Assembly (NCBI GenBank): GCA_965201075.1
Contig: CBDAVP010000001.1
Location: 62,001 to 126,000, forward strand
From: Isosphaeraceae bacterium
GTDB lineage: Bacteria; Planctomycetota; Planctomycetia; Isosphaerales; Isosphaeraceae
Direction of reading: 5' to 3'
DNA: 64,000 nt
In this document: positions 51,017-61,739 of the stretch, piece after piece
How the letters are laid out: each line of letters opens with the position of its first letter
How positions within the stretch are numbered: the stretch's first letter is position 1
The notes under the pieces: model-generated
What the model was told of the DNA's origin: nothing
Database searches by the model: none
The model's input: only the letters and a program-made list of their open reading frames with translations
Position numbers and translations under genes: made by a program

Positions 51017-51420
51017 GTCGTGGATCCTTTCTTCCCTGAAAGGAACAAACGGAACGATGCGGTGACGGGGAATCCTTCCCCGGCGGGCGCCAACGCCCTT
51101 CGCGAGCGATCGAGCCGAGCCGACGGGCCCTGGGCGTTGGGCCGACGGCGGCTCGGCGCGGATCGTAATCCAACGTCCCAGGACCGGCAAGCCGAGTCCC
51201 CATCCCTCTGTTTCATCGGCAGAAAACCCCACCCGACCCCAATCCGAACTTCCGTCAGTCGCGCCGCAAGGCCCCCTTGCTTAACTAATCGGTCGAGTTC
51301 GACTTGCGACGGGCCGATTGTCGTCGGATTGGACCCAAATCCGTTTGCAGCCTGTAGTCACGGCCTCGTGACCTGGATAGACTTGAGTCCCTCGACGCCC
51401 CCCATTGAGAGGATTCGCAC

Positions 51421-52347
<927 letters not shown>

Positions 52348-52402
52348 CGAAGGGGGTCGCGAGGAGTTTCGGCAGGCCAGGGAGCCCCTCGCGGATCGAT
52401 CC

Positions 52403-52777
52403 ATGGCGAAGACCGACCCCTGTTACGGTAAGGATAACGGCCAAATCCGGATGTTTCTGGATCGGTACGGAAGCCGTCTGGTCGACCTGCCCGAGATTGT
52501 CGAGCGGGTCGACCGGAGACGGGCGGGACAGGATTGGCCCGGCATGGATTCCTGGATTGCCAATGTCGGCCCTAGGTGGGTGAACGATCCCTGGACGGTA
52601 GTTTTCGAGGTTCCCCTGGAGACACTAGTCGGCCCGAATTGCCTGGAATTCGCCCAGGACGTATGGATGTTCGGGCTGGTCCTTTTCGAATACCTGGTGG
52701 AAAACGGGCAGGGGGTTGTCCGGATGGAATTCCCCAAAGGTCTCTCCTCCTGTCAGCCTCCACCCTCCGAGGCTTGA
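52403..52777 (+). CDS. Hypothetical protein
   Basis: 124 aa ORF filling the gap between co-oriented genes; no recognised motif. Confidence 0.5.
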   Translation: MAKTDPCYGKDNGQIRMFLDRYGSRLVDLPEIVERVDRRRAGQDWPGMDSWIANVGPRWVNDPWTVVFEVPLETLVGPNCLEFAQDVWMFGLVLFEYLVENGQGVVRMEFPKGLSSCQPPPSEA

Positions 52778-52813
52778 CCTCGCACCTTTACTCGGCCGGG
52801 AGAGGCCTCACCT

Positions 52814-53872
52814 GTGTTCGGCACCCCCCTCAATGCACCCGACACCGACCCCACCCCGATCTTCGAGGCGTTCCGGGGAAACCTGGCCACTGAGCTATTG
52901 ACCGCGGCCGTCGCCCACCTGGACCTGTTCGCCCGCCTGGCCCATCAGCCGCAATCTCCCAACACCTTGCGCGAAACCCTGGGCCTGGCCGACCGTCCCA
53001 CCACGGTCTTGGTCACGGCTTTGAGGGCGATGGGGCTGCTCCGGGCGGACGACCAGGGCCGCATCGACCTGACCGACCTGGCCCGCAACCACCTGGTCCC
53101 CGGCGCTCCTCATGATGTTAGCGGCTACATCGGCCTGGCCGCGAAGTCGCCCGGGGTGCTGGCGATGGTCGAGCGTCTCCGCACGAATCGGCCCGCCGGC
53201 GCGGCTTCGCCCGAGGAGGGCGCCGCGTTCATCTTCCGGGAAGGGATCGAGTCGGCGATGGAGCGGGAAGGCTCGGCCCGCTCCTTGACGTTGGCCCTGG
53301 CCGGACGCGCCCGCAACGTCGCCCCGGCGCTGGTTCGCGCCTGCCCTTTGGAGGATGCCCGGCTGTTGCTGGACGTCGGCGGCGGAACGGGCCTGTACAG
53401 TATCGCCTATCTGCAAGCCCATCCGTCGCTTCGGGCGATCGTGTGGGACCGCCCCGAGGTTCTCAAGGTCGCCCAGGAGCTGGCCGAGGTCCACGGGGTG
53501 GCCGATCGCCTCGAACTGGTCCCCGGGGACATGTTCGCCGACCCGGTCCCCCCCGGCGCCGATGCCCTGCTGCTGTCCAACATCCTGCACGACTGGGACG
53601 TCCCCGAGTGCCGCGCCCTGCTGTCCCGCTGCTCCGAGGCCATCCTCCCCGGCGGTCGCCTGATCGTCCATGACGTATTCCTCGACGACTCGCAGGACGG
53701 CCCTCTGCCGGTCGCCCTCTATTCGGCGTCGCTGTTTAGCCTCACCGAGGGCCGAGCCTACAGCGCCGGCGAGTATCGCTCCTGGCTGGCGGAGTTGGGC
53801 TTTGTCGCTGATCCGATGGTCCCGACGCTGGTCCACTGCGGGGCCCTGGTCGCGACCCGGGCGGCGGTCTGA
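52814..53872 (+). CDS. SAM-dependent methyltransferase (O-methyltransferase family 2 with dimerisation domain)
   Basis: LDVGGGTG, GDMF, SNILHDW. Confidence 0.9.
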   Translation: MFGTPLNAPDTDPTPIFEAFRGNLATELLTAAVAHLDLFARLAHQPQSPNTLRETLGLADRPTTVLVTALRAMGLLRADDQGRIDLTDLARNHLVPGAPHDVSGYIGLAAKSPGVLAMVERLRTNRPAGAASPEEGAAFIFREGIESAMEREGSARSLTLALAGRARNVAPALVRACPLEDARLLLDVGGGTGLYSIAYLQAHPSLRAIVWDRPEVLKVAQELAEVHGVADRLELVPGDMFADPVPPGADALLLSNILHDWDVPECRALLSRCSEAILPGGRLIVHDVFLDDSQDGPLPVALYSASLFSLTEGRAYSAGEYRSWLAELGFVADPMVPTLVHCGALVATRAAV

Positions 53873-54023
53873 GGCGCCTCGTCGGCGGAAACTGGGCTGG
53901 CCCGGCGGAGCCCGATTCGCTAGTGTCGCTGCTGGACCGGGCCGTCCCGCGCGCCCATCCCTCCCCAAACTTCCACCATTGACGACCATCCGAGCCAAGC
54001 CACCGGGGGCACCGCAGACTGCC

Positions 54024-54587
54024 ATGATGATCAAGGCCACCGACATCCGCCGCGGGATGGTCATCACGATGGAAGGGACCAACTTCGTCGTGGTCGACTT
54101 CGCCCACCACACCCCGGGCAACCTCCGCGCGATGGTCCAGACCAAGCTACGCAACATGAGCAACGGGTCGTTGATCGACAAACGGCTCCGCTCGGTCGAC
54201 CAGATCGAAGTCCCCTACGTCGAGACCAAGGAGTACGAGTACCTGTACTCCTCCGGCGACGAACACGTCTTCATGGATTCCGAGACGTTCGACCAGCTCA
54301 GCTTCACGCCCGAGATCCTTGGCACGGCGATGCAGTACTTGCTGCCCAACAGCAAGGTGATGGTCAAGTACGTCGACGACAAGCCAGTCTCCATCGAAGT
54401 GCCCGCCTCGATCGACCTGCTCGTGACCGACACCCCCCCGTCGCTCAAGGGGGCGACCGCGACCAACCAGTACAAGGAAGCGACCCTGGAGACCGGACTC
54501 AAGGTCCAGGTCCCGCCGTTCATCGGCCCCGGCGAGAAGATCCGCATCGACACCCGCACCGGCGAGTACGTCGAACGGGTGAAGTGA
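54024..54587 (+). CDS. efp: Elongation factor P
   Basis: TPGN loop, YLY, FMDSETFDQ, KEATLETG..VPPFI, IDTRTGEYVER. Confidence 0.95.
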   Translation: MMIKATDIRRGMVITMEGTNFVVVDFAHHTPGNLRAMVQTKLRNMSNGSLIDKRLRSVDQIEVPYVETKEYEYLYSSGDEHVFMDSETFDQLSFTPEILGTAMQYLLPNSKVMVKYVDDKPVSIEVPASIDLLVTDTPPSLKGATATNQYKEATLETGLKVQVPPFIGPGEKIRIDTRTGEYVERVK

Positions 54588-54633
54588 CCGCCGCGCCTAC
54601 CTTATAGTAGTATAAGGCTGGATCGCGTCCGAC

Positions 54634-54667
54634 CCCTCGTCCCCCCGCCCAACCGGGGGGACGAGGG
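54634..54667 (+). terminator. Perfect 14-bp hairpin after efp
   Basis: ccctcgtccccccg / cggggggacgaggg; no clear U tract. Confidence 0.55.
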
Positions 54668-54817
54668 ATGGCGAAAGATGTCACTTGGCCAAAATGTTCA
54701 GGATCGAGAGTGATCCCACCTCCGCCGGGCGAGACTTGCGGGGGGTGGTCGCCCGGGTAGAATGACCCGTCGCGGGCGAGGTTCGGTGTGCGCTAAGGGC
54801 AAGGGGGGTCGCCGGGC

Positions 54818-56080
54818 GTGAGGATCGCGTATTTCGATTGCTTCAGCGGCATCTCGGGCGACATGACCCTGGGGGCCCTCGTCGATGCCGGCGTCGACCC
54901 CGAGGCGCTGCGCTCGTCGGTCGCTCGCCTGGGCCTTCCCTGCGAATTGACCTTTGAAACGGTCCGCCGCGGCGGGTTCCGCGCCACTTATGCCCGCGTT
55001 GAGGCCCAGCCGGAGCATGTCCACCGGCACCTGCACCATATTGAGGCGATCATCGACAAGGCCAGCCTCGCCCCCCGCCAGGCCGACCTCGCCAAGCGGA
55101 TCTTCGCCCGTCTGGGAGAGGCCGAGGCGGCGGCCCACGGCATCGACATCCAGAAGGTCCACTTCCACGAGGTCGGCGCGGTCGATTCGATCGTCGACAT
55201 CGTGGGCGCGGCCGTCGGGCTCGACCTGTTGGGCGTTGACCGGATCGAGGCCAGCCCGGTGCCGCCGGGGCGTGGTTCGGTCCGCGCCGCTCATGGGCGG
55301 ATGCCGCTGCCGGCTCCGGCGACCGCCACCCTCTTGAAGGGCATCCCCCTGGCCGAGTCGACCGGCGACTTCGAGCAGACGACCCCCACCGGCGCCGCGA
55401 TTTTGGCGACCGTGGGCGAGGCGTTCGGCCCCTTGCCGGCCATGACCGTTTCGGCCATTGGCCTGGGCGCCGGTACGAAGGAGACGACCGACGTCGCCAA
55501 CATCCTCCGTCTGTTCGTGGGGGAAATCGCCTCGACGCCCGGGGCCGACCGCGTCTGGATGCTGGAGACCAACCTTGACGACTTGCCCGGCGAGGTTGTC
55601 GGCTACGCGACCAATCAACTGATGGCCGCCGGGGCGCTGGATGCCTACGTCACGCCGATCCAGATGAAGAAGAACCGCCCCGGGGTGATGGTTTCGGCCC
55701 TCTGCGTCGAGAGCAAGATCGCCGAGTTGGAGGCGATCCTGTTCCGGGAGACGACCACGCTGGGCATCCGTCGCTACCCGGTCAGCCGTCACAAACTGCG
55801 TCGAGAGGCGACCACGGTGGATACCCCCCTGGGTCCAATCCGTGGCAAGCTCGGCTGGATCGAGGGGCGCGCCCCCCAGTTCAGCCCCGAGTACGACGAC
55901 TGCGCCCGAGTAGCCGCCGAGCGCGACGTCCCGCTGAGAGACGTCTACCAAGCCGCCCACGCCGCCTACGGGCAAGCCGCGCCCCGGCCATCGGCTCCGC
56001 CCCACGACGACGGTCACGGCCACTCGCACGACCATGGCCATACCCACGACCACGACCACGGGCATTCCCACCCTCATTGA
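54818..56080 (+). CDS. larC: Nickel pincer cofactor biosynthesis protein (nickel insertase)
   Basis: DCFSGISGDM, VHFHEVGAVDSIVDI, TPTGAAIL, ETNLDD, MKKNRPG, PEYDD; His-rich tail. Confidence 0.92.
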   Translation: MRIAYFDCFSGISGDMTLGALVDAGVDPEALRSSVARLGLPCELTFETVRRGGFRATYARVEAQPEHVHRHLHHIEAIIDKASLAPRQADLAKRIFARLGEAEAAAHGIDIQKVHFHEVGAVDSIVDIVGAAVGLDLLGVDRIEASPVPPGRGSVRAAHGRMPLPAPATATLLKGIPLAESTGDFEQTTPTGAAILATVGEAFGPLPAMTVSAIGLGAGTKETTDVANILRLFVGEIASTPGADRVWMLETNLDDLPGEVVGYATNQLMAAGALDAYVTPIQMKKNRPGVMVSALCVESKIAELEAILFRETTTLGIRRYPVSRHKLRREATTVDTPLGPIRGKLGWIEGRAPQFSPEYDDCARVAAERDVPLRDVYQAAHAAYGQAAPRPSAPPHDDGHGHSHDHGHTHDHDHGHSHPH

Positions 56081-56165
56081 ATCGAATCGGGCGACTGACG
56101 CCCCGCCCGCGGCGGGTCTCGGCAACGGGTCCCGCGTCTCCAAGGAAGGAAGGACCGCCGATTCG

Positions 56166-56621
56166 ATGTCTCCCGCCCTGGCCCTGACCGCGATCGTGAT
56201 TCTGTCGGCGATGCTCGCGATCGTCTCGGCGCTGGCTGGGGCCCTCTGGATGCGGCTGCGTTCGGCGTCCCAACGCTCGACCACGCCGACAACGACCGTC
56301 GCGATCCCAATCCCCGCGACTGCTCCCACGGCTGCGGTGCCAACCCGTCCGGTTCGCCCCCGGCCGACGACGAGGGTCGAGCCCGCCGCGCCGGTCGTCG
56401 CGGGTCCGACCTTGATCGCCGTCCCCGACCTGGGGATGACCACTGGCGAGGCCGACCGTGGCGACGACCTGGTTCGACGCTTCGGCGCGATCTGGGACCT
56501 GGCCGACTCGGGGGCTTCGGCCGAGTCGATCGCCCGGGTCACTGGCCAGCCGGTCGGCCAGGTCGAGCTGATCCTCAACCTCCGCGGGCCGGCGACCGCC
56601 ACCAACGGGGACCGCTCATGA
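56166..56621 (+). CDS. Membrane-anchored hypothetical protein with C-terminal HTH-like domain
   Basis: N-terminal TM, Pro/Thr linker, IWDLADSGASAESIARVTGQPVGQVELILNL. Confidence 0.7.
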   Translation: MSPALALTAIVILSAMLAIVSALAGALWMRLRSASQRSTTPTTTVAIPIPATAPTAAVPTRPVRPRPTTRVEPAAPVVAGPTLIAVPDLGMTTGEADRGDDLVRRFGAIWDLADSGASAESIARVTGQPVGQVELILNLRGPATATNGDRS

Positions 56622-57190
56622 CCCTGACCGCGTCGACGACCCCGAATGGGAAGACCGACCTTGACGGGCTGGAACGGGCCCGCGACGTGGTGGTCAACGT
56701 CTTGCTGGCCGACGGGCTCGCGATCGCCCTGAGCGGTTACTCGCTGTCCCGCACCGGCTACACGATGCACCTCATCGACGCCCAACTGGCCCAGGGAGTG
56801 GCCTTCGCCCTGCTGGTCGTTCTGGTCTTCGCCAGCATCGCCACCCGTCGCCTGTTCGCGGCCCGCTTCCGACTGCGCGACCCCTCCCGACGCGCCGGGC
56901 GGCTGGTCCGCGCCCATGCGGCCTCGGCGCTGGTTGGGGCGGTGGCGATCCCCCTGGGCTATGTCTACGCCCGCCACTTCCTGGGCTCCGACCAGGCCTC
57001 GGTTCTGGCCGGGTCCATCGGCGCGCCGCTACGTTGGGTCGTCTCGGCGGAAACGATCCGCGCCGTCTTCTCCCGCAACTACCTGCCGACACTCCTGGGA
57101 GTCGCGCCGTTCTGGATCGTCGCCCTGGCGATGGGGCTGCTGGCTCTGCCCCGCTCCTCGGTCGTCGAGGGATTGGGACGCCGCCGATGA
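56618..57190 (+). CDS. Hypothetical membrane protein
   Basis: About four TM helices; ATGA overlaps with both neighbours. Confidence 0.7.
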   Translation: MTLTASTTPNGKTDLDGLERARDVVVNVLLADGLAIALSGYSLSRTGYTMHLIDAQLAQGVAFALLVVLVFASIATRRLFAARFRLRDPSRRAGRLVRAHAASALVGAVAIPLGYVYARHFLGSDQASVLAGSIGAPLRWVVSAETIRAVFSRNYLPTLLGVAPFWIVALAMGLLALPRSSVVEGLGRRR

Positions 57191-58383
57191 GCCCCACCCA
57201 GCGCCTCTTGCTGGGGCTCTACGCCGCGACGATCGCCATGTGGGTCATCCGGCATTTCGCCCTGACCCTCATCTTCCGCACGGTCGACAACCTCAAATCC
57301 AACTCTCCCCGGATTCAGGGGCCAGACCTCCCACTCGTCACGGCGATCATCCCCGCCAAGGACGAGGAGGCGACCATCGCCGACTGCCTCCGCTCGGTTC
57401 TGGCCCAGGACTACCCCCACCTCGAAATCCTCGTCGTCGACGACCGGAGCACCGACCGGACCGGGGCGATTGTCGCCGACATCACCCGGACCGACCCGAG
57501 GGTCCGCCTGCTGACGATCGACCACTTGCCGACCGGCTGGACGGGCAAAACCCACGCCCTGCACGTCGCCGCCGGTGAAGCCCGGGGTGACTGGCTCTGG
57601 TTCCTTGACGCCGACACCCTCCAGCGCCCGGAGTGCCTGCCGATCGTCCTGGCCTATGCCGAAAAGGAAGGCGCGGCCCTGGCGAGCTTGCTACCGGAAC
57701 TGCGTTGCGGGTCGTTCTGGGAAGAGGTCGTCCAGCCGCTGGCCAGCATCGCGCTGGTGCAGTCGTTCCCCCTGTTCCTGGTCCACAACCCCAGGGCCCG
57801 CCGGTACTTCGCCAACGGTCAGTTCATCCTGATCCGCCGCGACGCCTACAAGGCGGCCGGGGGTCACGAGGCGGTCAAGGAACGCTTGCTGGAGGACATC
57901 CAGCTTGCAGGCAAGGTCAAGGGGCTCGGGCGGACGATTCGGGTGGCGACGGCCAAGGAAATCAGCTCGACCCGGATGTACACGACCCTGCCGCAAATCG
58001 TCCGAGGCTGGTCGCGCATCTTTTATGACGCCCTCGATGGCCGGTTTTTCGCCGTCCTCTGGAAGGCGCTCGACCCGTTGATCTTCAGCCAGCCGGGGCA
58101 CGTGGCCCTGATCGCGGCGGTGGGGCTTTTGCTGATCCAGGGTCCAACCCCGTTCGCCGAATGTCTGCTGGGCCTGAGCGTCGCCCACCACCTGCTCGCG
58201 GCGACGGTGCTTTACCGCCTGTATCGCCAGGTGGTCGCCCGCCCGGCGCTGGCTGCGGCGTGGTATCCCCTGGCGGGCCTGGTGTTCGACGTCATCATCG
58301 CCCGAGCCCTGGTCTCCTGCGTGACCGGAAAAGTTACCTGGCGGGGGACCCACTACCTCGCCGGGCGATCGCGGGTGACCTGA
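57187..58383 (+). CDS. GT2 glycosyltransferase (HpnB/CrtQ-like)
   Basis: IIPAKDEE, VDDRSTD, GWTGK, FLDAD, NGQF, LEDI, TRMY, VTWRG. Confidence 0.88.
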   Translation: MSPTQRLLLGLYAATIAMWVIRHFALTLIFRTVDNLKSNSPRIQGPDLPLVTAIIPAKDEEATIADCLRSVLAQDYPHLEILVVDDRSTDRTGAIVADITRTDPRVRLLTIDHLPTGWTGKTHALHVAAGEARGDWLWFLDADTLQRPECLPIVLAYAEKEGAALASLLPELRCGSFWEEVVQPLASIALVQSFPLFLVHNPRARRYFANGQFILIRRDAYKAAGGHEAVKERLLEDIQLAGKVKGLGRTIRVATAKEISSTRMYTTLPQIVRGWSRIFYDALDGRFFAVLWKALDPLIFSQPGHVALIAAVGLLLIQGPTPFAECLLGLSVAHHLLAATVLYRLYRQVVARPALAAAWYPLAGLVFDVIIARALVSCVTGKVTWRGTHYLAGRSRVT

Positions 58384-58671
58384 ATGGTTGAGGGCCGCAT
58401 TCGATTGAGATCGTTTTCTCTCTCCGTCCGACCCACGTGCTACCGAATCGCTGCCCAACCTGGAGGTTGCGTCGCGCCCGGAATAACACCCGGCGGGCGA
58501 TTTGGGCGACGTTCGGTCCGATCGGCGAGAAAGCCGATCCGGCTTGTCCGCCCCGGCCGATCTTGATACAAGGCGGCTCGGCCCGGTCTCCGCGAGCGGC
58601 GATGGCCACGCGGGGACCATGGCAAGGACGCCAAGGGTCCGCTTCCCCAGGTTCTCGGCGGCACGTCGTCC

Positions 58672-60909
58672 ATGAAGAACTTCGCCCGCCTTGTGCGCTT
58701 CGCCTGGCCCTATCGCGTCCGGTTTGGCCTGTCGATGGCCTGCGCGGCGATGGTGGCTTTGCTCTGGAGCGCTAACATCACGGCGGTCCTGCCGCTGCTG
58801 CGCATCCTCTTCGACGACATGAACTGCCAGACCGCCCTGGCCGAATACACCGAGTGGTACGACACCGGCGCCCGGGCCGATCGCGCCGCCCTCGAGGAAA
58901 TTGACCTGGTCCGTCGCCAGGGGCCCGGCCCCGACCTCCGCAAGCATTACGAGGCCGTCAACGCCGCCTATACGGGTCTGAATCGTCGGGTCGAGGATCT
59001 CAAGAACCGCTTCGACGATCTCGGCCCCGTCAACCCCAAGGCCAAGGCCGTCGACGCCCAGGTCCGCAAGGCCGAACTCGTCAACCTCCAGCACGAGTTG
59101 CGCGTCGCCCGCGCCCGCCTCGACGAATTGAAGGCCGCCCGCCTCACGGTGAACGACCACGGCGTCAGGACGCTGGATGTGCGCGAGGCGTCGTTGCGCA
59201 AGTCCCTGAGCGACAACAGCCGTAAGCTTTCCTGGTGCCGCTGGGGACAACCCAAGGTGGACCGCTACCTGCCCCGCGACGGCTTCCATACCTTGCTGGT
59301 CCTTTTGCTGCTGGTCCTCTCGGGCGTGGCGCTGAAGGGCGTGTTCGTCTTCCTCCAGGAAGTGCTGGTCTCCCAGGTGCAGCACCTGACGCTGTTCAAC
59401 ATTCGCAATCTGTTCTTCCGCCGCACGATGGCCCTCGACCTGGCGCACTTCTCCGAGCAGGGGACCGCCGAGCTGATGGCCCGGTTCACCAATGACATGG
59501 AGTCGGTCAGTCTCGGCCTCAACGTCCTGCTCTACCGCCTGGTGCTGGAACCGCTGCGGATCGTCTGCTGCCTGTTCGCGGCCCTTTGGCTGAACTGGCG
59601 GTTGACGATGCTGACGATGGTCATCGTCCCCATCTCGGCGGCCACGACCGTCCGCGCCGGCAAGCTCATGAAGCGGGCCGTTCGCAAGTCGTTGGAGAGC
59701 ATGTCCAACATCTACAAGATCCTCCAGGAAACCTTGCAGGGGGTGAAGGTCGTCAAGGCTTACACCAACGAGCGACGGGAACGACGGCGGTTCTTCCTGG
59801 AAACCAAGGCTTTGTTTCGCAAGACGATCCGGGTGACGCGGATCGAGGCCCTGTCCGACCCGGTCCTGGAAATCCTGTCGCTGGTGACGGTGTTGATCGC
59901 CCTGATGGCCGGGTCGTACCTGGTCCTGAGGCGCACGACCGAACTCGACCTGGGGCTGTTCCGCCTGCAACTGGCGTCGGTCCCCCCGTCGATGGCCGAC
60001 CTGTTGACTCTGTACGCGGTGCTGGCGTCGCTGTCGGACCCGATCCGCCGACTGTCCAACGTCCACTCGCGGATTCAAAGAGCGGCCGCGGCGGCCGACC
60101 GGATCTGCGCGTTGATGGATCGCGAGCCGTCGGTGGCCGACATCGCCACCGCCCCGGGTTTGCCCCGACACCGCTCGGCCGTTGAATTCCGCGGAGTCAC
60201 CTTCCGCTACGACGGCGGCGAGCCGGTCCTTCGAGGGCTCAACCTGTCGGTCCGCCACGGAGAGAGCATCGCCCTGGTTGGCCCGAACGGCTGCGGCAAG
60301 TCGACGTTGGTGAGCCTTTTGCCCCGGTTCTACGATGTGCAGGATGGGTCAATCACCATTGACGGCCACGACTTGCGCGAGGTCCGCCTCAAGAGCCTGC
60401 GGGCACAGATCGGTCTGGTGACTCAGGAAACCGTCCTGTTCGAGGGAACCCTGGCCGACAATATCGCTTATGGCAACCCCGACGTCACCCGCGAGCAGAT
60501 CGTCGCCGTGGCTCGAAGGTCCTACGCCCACGGCTTCATCGAGGCGATGCCCGAGGGGTACGACACCCTGGTTGGCGAGCGCGGCTCAACCCTCTCGGGC
60601 GGTCAGCGGCAAAGAATCGCCCTGGCCCGCGCCATGCTTCGCGACCCGGCGATTTTGATCCTCGACGAGGCCACCAGCGCCGTCGACATCCAGGACGAGG
60701 CCCTGATTCGCAAGGCGATCGAGGAATTTTCAAGGGGCCGCACCACCTTCCTGATTACCCACAGCATGGGCTCTCTCCAGTTCGCCGACCGGATTGTCCT
60801 GATGGACGCCGGTCGGGTCGTCGCCGTCGGCACCGACGCCGAACTGCGGCGCAACTCCCCGCTCTACCGACGCCTCAACGAGATTCACTACCAGCGCGAG
60901 AGCGCCTGA
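58672..60909 (+). CDS. ABC exporter, fused permease/ATPase (MsbA-like)
   Basis: GPNGCGKS, LSGGQRQR, LDEATS; TM domain with a long insertion. Confidence 0.92.
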   Translation: MKNFARLVRFAWPYRVRFGLSMACAAMVALLWSANITAVLPLLRILFDDMNCQTALAEYTEWYDTGARADRAALEEIDLVRRQGPGPDLRKHYEAVNAAYTGLNRRVEDLKNRFDDLGPVNPKAKAVDAQVRKAELVNLQHELRVARARLDELKAARLTVNDHGVRTLDVREASLRKSLSDNSRKLSWCRWGQPKVDRYLPRDGFHTLLVLLLLVLSGVALKGVFVFLQEVLVSQVQHLTLFNIRNLFFRRTMALDLAHFSEQGTAELMARFTNDMESVSLGLNVLLYRLVLEPLRIVCCLFAALWLNWRLTMLTMVIVPISAATTVRAGKLMKRAVRKSLESMSNIYKILQETLQGVKVVKAYTNERRERRRFFLETKALFRKTIRVTRIEALSDPVLEILSLVTVLIALMAGSYLVLRRTTELDLGLFRLQLASVPPSMADLLTLYAVLASLSDPIRRLSNVHSRIQRAAAAADRICALMDREPSVADIATAPGLPRHRSAVEFRGVTFRYDGGEPVLRGLNLSVRHGESIALVGPNGCGKSTLVSLLPRFYDVQDGSITIDGHDLREVRLKSLRAQIGLVTQETVLFEGTLADNIAYGNPDVTREQIVAVARRSYAHGFIEAMPEGYDTLVGERGSTLSGGQRQRIALARAMLRDPAILILDEATSAVDIQDEALIRKAIEEFSRGRTTFLITHSMGSLQFADRIVLMDAGRVVAVGTDAELRRNSPLYRRLNEIHYQRESA

Positions 60910-61027
60910 ACCGGGTCAGGGCACGCCGTCTGCAAGCGACCCGACCCGCCGGCGCCAGGTTCGTCCGCCCGGTCGGGCTCGACAGTCCCGAGTCACCGTC
61001 GACGGCCGGTTTCGGTATCTCCCCTCG

Positions 61028-61489
61028 ATGGACTTTCCGCACCTCGACCCCGCCAGGACGGCCCGTTCCCTGTTTGACGAGTTCAAGGCGTTCGCCTTCA
61101 AGGGGAACGTCATTGACCTGGCCATAGGCGTCATCATCGGCGGCGCTTTCGGCAAGATCGTCTCGTCATTGGTGGCCAACATCATCTTGCCGATCGTTGG
61201 CATGCTCGTTCCCGGGCAGCAAAGTTACAAACAGTGGTCGTTCCGTTACGGCGGCCAGTCGATCCTCTACGGGCAGTTCCTCACTGACGTCGTCGACTTC
61301 CTGATCGTCGCGGCGGCCCTCTTCTTCTTCGTCGTCAAGTTCCTGGGCTGGATTCTGAAGACCCGCAAGCAGGACGCCGCGGCCCCACCCCCGGCTCCGA
61401 CCCGTCAGGAAGCCTTGCTCATTGAGATTCGCGACCTCCTGAAGCAACAATCCCGGGACGAACCGGCCCCGCCTTCCGGCTCTCTTTGA
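61028..61489 (+). CDS. mscL: Large-conductance mechanosensitive channel
   Basis: EFKAFAFKGNVIDLAIGVIIGGAF, YGQFL, LLIEIRDLL. Confidence 0.96.
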   Translation: MDFPHLDPARTARSLFDEFKAFAFKGNVIDLAIGVIIGGAFGKIVSSLVANIILPIVGMLVPGQQSYKQWSFRYGGQSILYGQFLTDVVDFLIVAAALFFFVVKFLGWILKTRKQDAAAPPPAPTRQEALLIEIRDLLKQQSRDEPAPPSGSL

Positions 61490-61739
61490 AAAAAACTTCG
61501 GGCCAACCGTCACAACATCACGGGACGGTCGTAGCAGGCTCATCGGGCTGGAGAATTCGCCATTGAGGGGAGTGCGTCATGCACGCCCGATTTGGTGATT
61601 CGGTCGAAAGATTTTGACACCACTGGTTCCGATCGCCTAAACTGCCAGAAGAATGCCTCACTCCCCCCGCCCCGGCGTCCGCGTTCTGCGATGCGTCTGG
61701 GCCCACCGCTTGCCTTGCCACGAAACAGGAGTCGGACGC

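Noticed and set aside
54320..54334. Sigma54-like TGGCACGGCGATGCA
   Set aside because: Lies mid-efp coding sequence with a hairpin downstream; likely chance.
54590..54620. dif site
   Set aside because: Lacks the TTATGTTAAAT XerD arm.
54818..56080. Programmed frameshift in larC as in Lactobacillus plantarum
   Set aside because: Both halves are in a single open frame.
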